A stretch of DNA of 64,000 nt from Eledone cirrhosa. Its lineage: Eukaryota. The stretch spans positions 35,650,001 to 35,714,000 of the forward strand of contig OZ024745.1 of the NCBI GenBank assembly GCA_964016885.1, read 5' to 3'. The notes under the pieces were generated by a model. It was given only the letters and a program-made list of their open reading frames with translations. It did no database searches and was not told the DNA's origin. The position numbers and the translations under genes were made by a program. Within the stretch, counting starts at the first letter, position 1; every line of letters begins with the position of its first letter. Shown piece after piece: positions 58,550 to 64,000 of this stretch.

Positions 58550-59072
58550 AAAGTTAGATTACATAGTTGGTCATGGTTGGTTTCGAACAAGGAACATAAT
58601 CAGAGGAAAAATCATCAATGTTCACGAGTATTTTCTTCGTATACGTATACGAATAAGGTTAAAGGACAAAAAAAAAAAAAAAAAAAAATCTGACGTCGGT
58701 GGAATTTGAATTCAGAAGGTAAATGGAAGGAAGTAATACCGTAAAGCAGTTCGTCCGTTTATTTACTTATATAGGCACCCAGTAATGTTGAGAATAGTGC
58801 AAAAATAAAATGAAAAAAAAAATGTCTTTGGTGGGATTTGAACTCAGGAGGTAAAGAAACGGAAGTAATACCACTAGGTATTTTATCCGATGTCGAATCA
58901 ATCCTGACAGCAAACAAACTTTTGGAGAAGCAGAGATGAGGAAAAAAGTTGACTTCGGAGGGATGTGAGTATAAGGTATAAAGAGCCGGAAGAAATAACG
59001 CAAGGTATTTCATCCGACGCTATATCAATGCTAGTAAATATACAGAAAAACTAAGCAGAATTCCATACATAC

Positions 59073-59136
<64 letters not shown>

Positions 59137-59201
59137 ATATAATATATATGTATATATATACATGTATATATGTATATATATATTTATATACATGTATATA
59201 T

Positions 59202-59236
<35 letters not shown>

Positions 59237-59358
59237 CATACATACATGTGTATACACACATACACACACACTCACTCACTCAAACAAATGCACGCATGCA
59301 CAAAATATATTTATACACATGAATGATTACAGGAAATTGTAACAAGACCGCCGTTATA

Positions 59359-59394
<36 letters not shown>

Positions 59395-59417
59395 CATACA
59401 TACATATATATAAATGT

Positions 59418-59487
<70 letters not shown>

Positions 59488-59546
59488 ACATTTAGGTATA
59501 TATATATATATATGTATATACATATATATAAATATATATGTATGTA

Positions 59547-59602
<56 letters not shown>

Positions 59603-60895
59603 TGTGTTACTTACCTGCTAAATCCAAAAAGAGAATGGCTACACTGAGGATTGAACTTGTAAATGTCCACCGGTAAAATAGCTCGGTACGCTTTAGTCCG
59701 CCTGTTCTCTTCAACATTTTCGTTTTGAGACACAAAACAATAACAACTGAAACAACAAATACCCGGATGTGATGGGATATGATTGGAAATGAACAACGTA
59801 GTGATGATTACTGTGGTAGTGATAGTGGCGATGGTGGTAATAGTGATGTTGTTGCTGGTGATGATGGTTGTGGTAGTGGAGGTGGGGATTGGAAAGTGGT
59901 GGTAATAATGTTGGGGATAATAGTGGTGGTGACTATGATATCATTGATGAGGGCTATCTATAGTTGTAATGTGGTAGAGGCTCTTGTGTTAGTGGGGTGT
60001 AATTGTGATGGTCGGAGCGGTAGTTTTGGGGGGAGCCCTATCTATGGTAGCGTTGATGGGGAGGCTATAGAACTAGCGGTATGGTGGTGGTGGTGGTGGT
60101 GGTGTTTGCAATCTGATCGTAGTTCTTAGGGGAGGAATGTTGCTGGTGGCTTGATCTTAATGATGGGGGTTGTGAGATATGTGAATTGTCTCTTTACGTA
60201 TGGGTATGGGTACGTGTGTGGGTGGCTCTATGTGTATGTGTCGGTGTCTGTATGTATATATCTGAGTATGGTAAGTGTGTGTATGTGTGTGTGTGTGTGT
60301 TTGTGTGTATGCCTGTGTCTGACTGTGTGTGTGTGTGTGTGTGCGTGCGTGCGTCTGTCTGTCTGTGTGCGCAATGCACACGTCTCTCATAGAACGCCAG
60401 CGTGCATGGATCGCTTCTGTGTATGTGTGTGTATTTACACGTTCACTTGTTTGTTAGTTTGTGTGTGTGTATGTGTGTTTACGTATGTGAATGTATGGCC
60501 ACACGAATGTGTGTTAGTGAGCGCAGGGGTGCAACATTTCGTGCCTGTGTGCGTGTGTGCGTATGAATGTATGTGTGACTGTAGGTGCGTCTTAGTGAAC
60601 GCAGGCGTGCTTAAGTTCGCGCATGTGTGCTTGTGTTGTGTATGTGTGTGCATATGACTGTGTGCACGAATACTTCTTAGTAAGCGCAGGCATGTATCAG
60701 GTGGCGCTGGTGTGTGTATGTGTGTATGTGCGTATGTGTGTATGTGCGTATGTGTGTATGTGCGTATGTGTGTATGTGCGTATGTGTGTATGTGCGTATG
60801 TGTGTATGTGAATGTGAATATATACTTTTGTGTAATTGAGTGAAAGTGATAGAGAGAGAGTGTGTGTGTATGTGTGTGGGTGTGTGGGTGTGTGG

Positions 60896-60938
<43 letters not shown>

Positions 60939-61431
60939 CTAGAGAGAGAAAGTGAGGGAAAAAGAGAGAGGGAAAGAGAAAGTGAGGGAAAAAGAGATAG
61001 AGAGTGAGAGAGAGAAAGAGAGAGAAAGGGTGACTGAAGGCGTTTGGAAGCCACGGTGTGATCGTAATATTGATGTTGTGGTAGTGGCTGTGGTGGTAGT
61101 AGTTGTAATAGTTCTTATGTTGTAGTAGTGGTAATAGTGGTAGTATTTATGTTGTAGTGGTGGTGCCGTATTTCTCTGTATTAAGTATTGATAGTTGTAG
61201 TAGTAGTTGGAGTTATTATATTGTTGTGGTTGTAGTGGTTCTAGTACTTGTGTTGTAATGGTTGAGGTGCTTGTAGTGGTGCTAGTACTTGTGTTGTAAT
61301 GGTTGTAGTGCTTGTAGTGGTGCCGTAGTTATTATGTTGTTAGTGGGAAGGGGTGATGTTGACATTAATGATGATATAGAAGTGGTGGTCGCGGAAGTAG
61401 TAGTAGTAGTAGCAGCAGCAGTAGAAGTATT

Positions 61432-61685
61432 ATTATTCAAATCCTGCCGAGGTTAACTTTGCCTTTAATCCTTACGGGGTCGATGAAATAAAGTACCAGT
61501 AATGCACTGGGTCAACTGCTGGCCTTGTGCCTAAAGTAGAAACAATTAATATTATTATATTATTATTAGTTCAAATCCCGCCGAGGTTAACTTTGACTTT
61601 CCTTTATTACGAGGTCGATAAAATAAAGTACCAGTAATGCACTGGGATAATTGCTGTCCTTGCGCCAAAAGTAGAAACAATTATT
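61432..61685 (+). mobile_element. Two tandem SINE remnants (same family, plus strand)
   Basis: ttcaaatcc.gccgaggttaactttg.cttt....tac.gggtcgat.aaataaagtaccagtaatgcactggg, twice (61436-61545 and 61570-61685). Confidence 0.75.
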
Positions 61686-61692
61686 ATTAGAA

Positions 61693-61959
61693 GTAGTAGT
61701 AGTAGTAGTAGTACTAGTAATAGAAATAGTAGTAGTAGTAGTAGTAGTAGTAATAGAAATAGTAGTAGTAGTAGTAGTAGTAGTAATTGTAGTAGTAGTT
61801 GTAGTAGTAGTTGTAGTAGTAGTAGTAGTAGTAGTAGTAGTTGTAGTAGTAGTAGTAGTAGTAGTAGTTGTAGTAGTAGTAGTTGTAGTAGTAGTAGTAG
61901 TTGTAGTAGTAGTAGTAGTAGTAGTTGTAGTAGTAGTAGTAGTAGTTGTAGTAGTAGTT

Positions 61960-61993
<34 letters not shown>
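61693..61993. repeat. (TAG)n microsatellite with TTG interruptions
   Basis: Direct inspection. Confidence 0.95.
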
Positions 61994-62289
61994 CTATAGT
62001 TGTTATGTTGTAGTGCGGGTAATAGTTATATGTTTTGCTCTGAGTAGTGGTAGTAGTACTGGTATTAGTTGTAGAGGTATTAGTTATTATGTTTTTGTGG
62101 TGGTAGTAGTTTTACCAATAGTTGTTATTTTGTGGTGGTGATAGTAGATGTTGATGTAACAGCACAAAGGGTGCCAGGAATTATGATATTGTTATAGTAC
62201 AAGTGTTGGTAATTATGTAGTTGTGGTGGTAGTAGCGGTTGTAGCTATGTTATAGTGGTGTTAGTAGTGGTGATGCGAGAATATGCCAC

Positions 62290-64000
62290 CAGTGGTGATA
62301 GTGGTAGTAGTGGTAATAGTTGTGTGGCTATTGTGATAGTAGTGGTAATAGTTGTGTGGCTGTTGTGGTAGTAGTGGTAATAGTTGTGTTGTGGTAGTAG
62401 TGGTAATAGTTGTGTTGTGGTAGTAGTGGCAATAGTTGTGTGGCTGTTGTGGTAGTAGTGGTAATAGTTGAATTGTGGTAGTAGTGGTAATAGTTGTGTG
62501 GCTGTTGTGGTAGTAGTGGTAATAGGTGTGTGACTGTTGTGGTAGTAGTGGTAATAGTTGTGTGGCTGTTGTGGTAGTAGTGGTAATAGTTGTGTTGTGG
62601 TAGTAGTGGTAATAGTTGTGTGGCGGTTGTGATAGTAGTGGTAATAGTTGGGTGGCGGTTGTGATAGTAGTGGTAATAGTTGGGTGGCGGTTGTGATAGT
62701 AGTGGTAATAGTTGTGTGGCTGTTGTGGTAGTAGTGGTAATAGTTGGGTGGCGGTTGTGATAGTAGTGGTAATAGTTGTGTGGCGGTTGTGATAGTAGTG
62801 GTAATAGTTGTGTGGCTGTTGTGGTAGTAGTGGTAATAGTTGTGTGGCTGTTGTGATAGTAGTGGTAATAGTTGTGTGGTTGTTGTGGTAGTAGTGGTAA
62901 TAGTTGTGTGGCTGTTGTGGTAGTAGTGGTAATAGTTGTGTTGTGGTAGTAGTGGTAACAGTTGTTTGGCTGTTGTGGTAGTAGTGGTAATAGTTGTGTG
63001 GCTGTTGTGGTAGTAGTGGTAATAGTTGTGTTGTGGTAGTAGTGGTAACAGTTGTTTGGCTGTTGTGGTAGTAGTGGTAATAGTTGTGTTGTGGTAGTAG
63101 TGGTAACAGTTGTTTGGCTGTTGTGGTAGTAGTGGTAATAGTTGTGTGGCTGTTGTGGTAGTAGTGGTAATAGTTGTGTTGTGGTAGTAGTGGTAACAGT
63201 TGTTTGGCTGTTGTGGTAGTAGTGGTAATAGCTGTGTGGCTGTTGTGGTAGCAGTGGTAATATTTGTGTGGCGGTTGTGATAGTAGTGGTAATAGTTGTG
63301 TGGATGTTGTGGTAGTAGAGGTAATAGTTGTGTGGCGGTTGTGGTGGTAGTGGTAATAGTTGTGTGGCTGTTGTGGTAGTAGTGGTAATAGTTGTGTTGT
63401 GGTAGTAGTGGTAATAGTTGTGTTGTGGTAGTAGTGGCAATAGTTGTGTGGCTGTTGTGGTAGTAGTGGTAATAGTTGAATTGTGGTAGTAGTGGTAATA
63501 GTTGTGTGGCTGTTGTGGTAGTAGTGGTAATAGGTGTGTGACTGTTGTGGTAGTAGTGGTAATAGTTGTGTGGCTGTTGTGGTAGTAGTGGTAATAGTTG
63601 TGTTGTGGTAGTAGTGGTAATAGTTGTGTGGCGGTTGTGATAGTAGTGGTAATAGTTGGGTGGCGGTTGTGATAGTAGTGGTAATAGTTGGGTGGCGGTT
63701 GTGATAGTAGTGGTAATAGTTGTGTGGCTGTTGTGGTAGTAGTGGTAATAGTTGGGTGGCGGTTGTGATAGTAGTGGTAATAGTTGTGTGGCGGTTGTGA
63801 TAGTAGTGGTAATAGTTGTGTGGCTGTTGTGGTAGTAGTGGTAATAGTTGTGTGGCTGTTGTGATAGTAGTGGTAATAGTTGTGTGGTTGTTGTGGTAGT
63901 AGTGGTAATAGTTGTGTGGCTGTTGTGGTAGTAGTGGTAATAGTTGTGTTGTGGTAGTAGTGGTAACAGTTGTTTGGCTGTTGTGGTAGTAGTGGTAATA
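62290..64000. repeat. Minisatellite of 32-bp and 26-bp units with a 1008-bp higher-order period
   Basis: Units are ggtagtagtggtaatagttgtgtggctgttgt and ggtagtagtggtaatagttgtgttgt. Rare variants ggcaatag (62430, 63438) and gttgaattg (62471, 63479) recur 1008 bp apart. Runs off the end of the window. Confidence 0.9.

Larger units (their letters stand above)
52990..59020 (-). mobile_element. Cluster of more than 10 decayed copies of the same SINE family
   Basis: The motif ctggtac.ttattttatcga...gatgaaaggcaaagt.gacctcggcgg.atttgaactcag recurs at ~53000, 53710, 54040, 54190, 55000, 55510, 55720, 55930, 56670, 57830, 57970, 58140, 58690 and 58830. Confidence 0.7.

Noticed and set aside
59779-60129. 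116-aa Gly/Val-rich ORF with a hydrophobic stretch
   Set aside because: Degenerate (GGT/GAT)n low-complexity sequence.
62328-63440. 370-aa Thr/His/Tyr-rich ORF
   Set aside because: Arises from a stop-free minisatellite whose units are not multiples of 3; no evidence of coding.

Overview
AT-rich eukaryotic non-coding DNA (intronic or intergenic). The SINE repertoire and extreme (TA)n/(CA)n/(GA)n density resemble a coleoid cephalopod (Octopus-like) genome; this is inference from repeat recognition. No intact protein-coding gene is supportable, and almost all listed ORFs are microsatellite or minisatellite artefacts. Recognisable content: two decayed RTE-type LINE fragments, many tRNA-derived SINE remnants, a non-autonomous Helitron, small DNA-transposon remnants, and a 32/26-bp minisatellite with a 1008-bp higher-order period. 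The main structure is a set of roughly 25 short modules, from several sequence families, sitting between (TA)n tracts. Many carry type I hammerhead-ribozyme (HHR) motifs (CUGANGA - stem II - GAAA - short or palindromic helix III - UH - stem I). They typically fold back on themselves and end in a family-specific unpaired 3' tail. One module (39969-40950) keeps the C-terminus of a GIY-YIG endonuclease between inverted ~390-bp arms. This points to 5'-truncated Penelope-like retroelement (PLE) insertions associated with (TA)n. The fold-back points often fall in or beside the ribozyme, frequently in the stem II loop. Coordinates were read by eye and may be off by a few bases.
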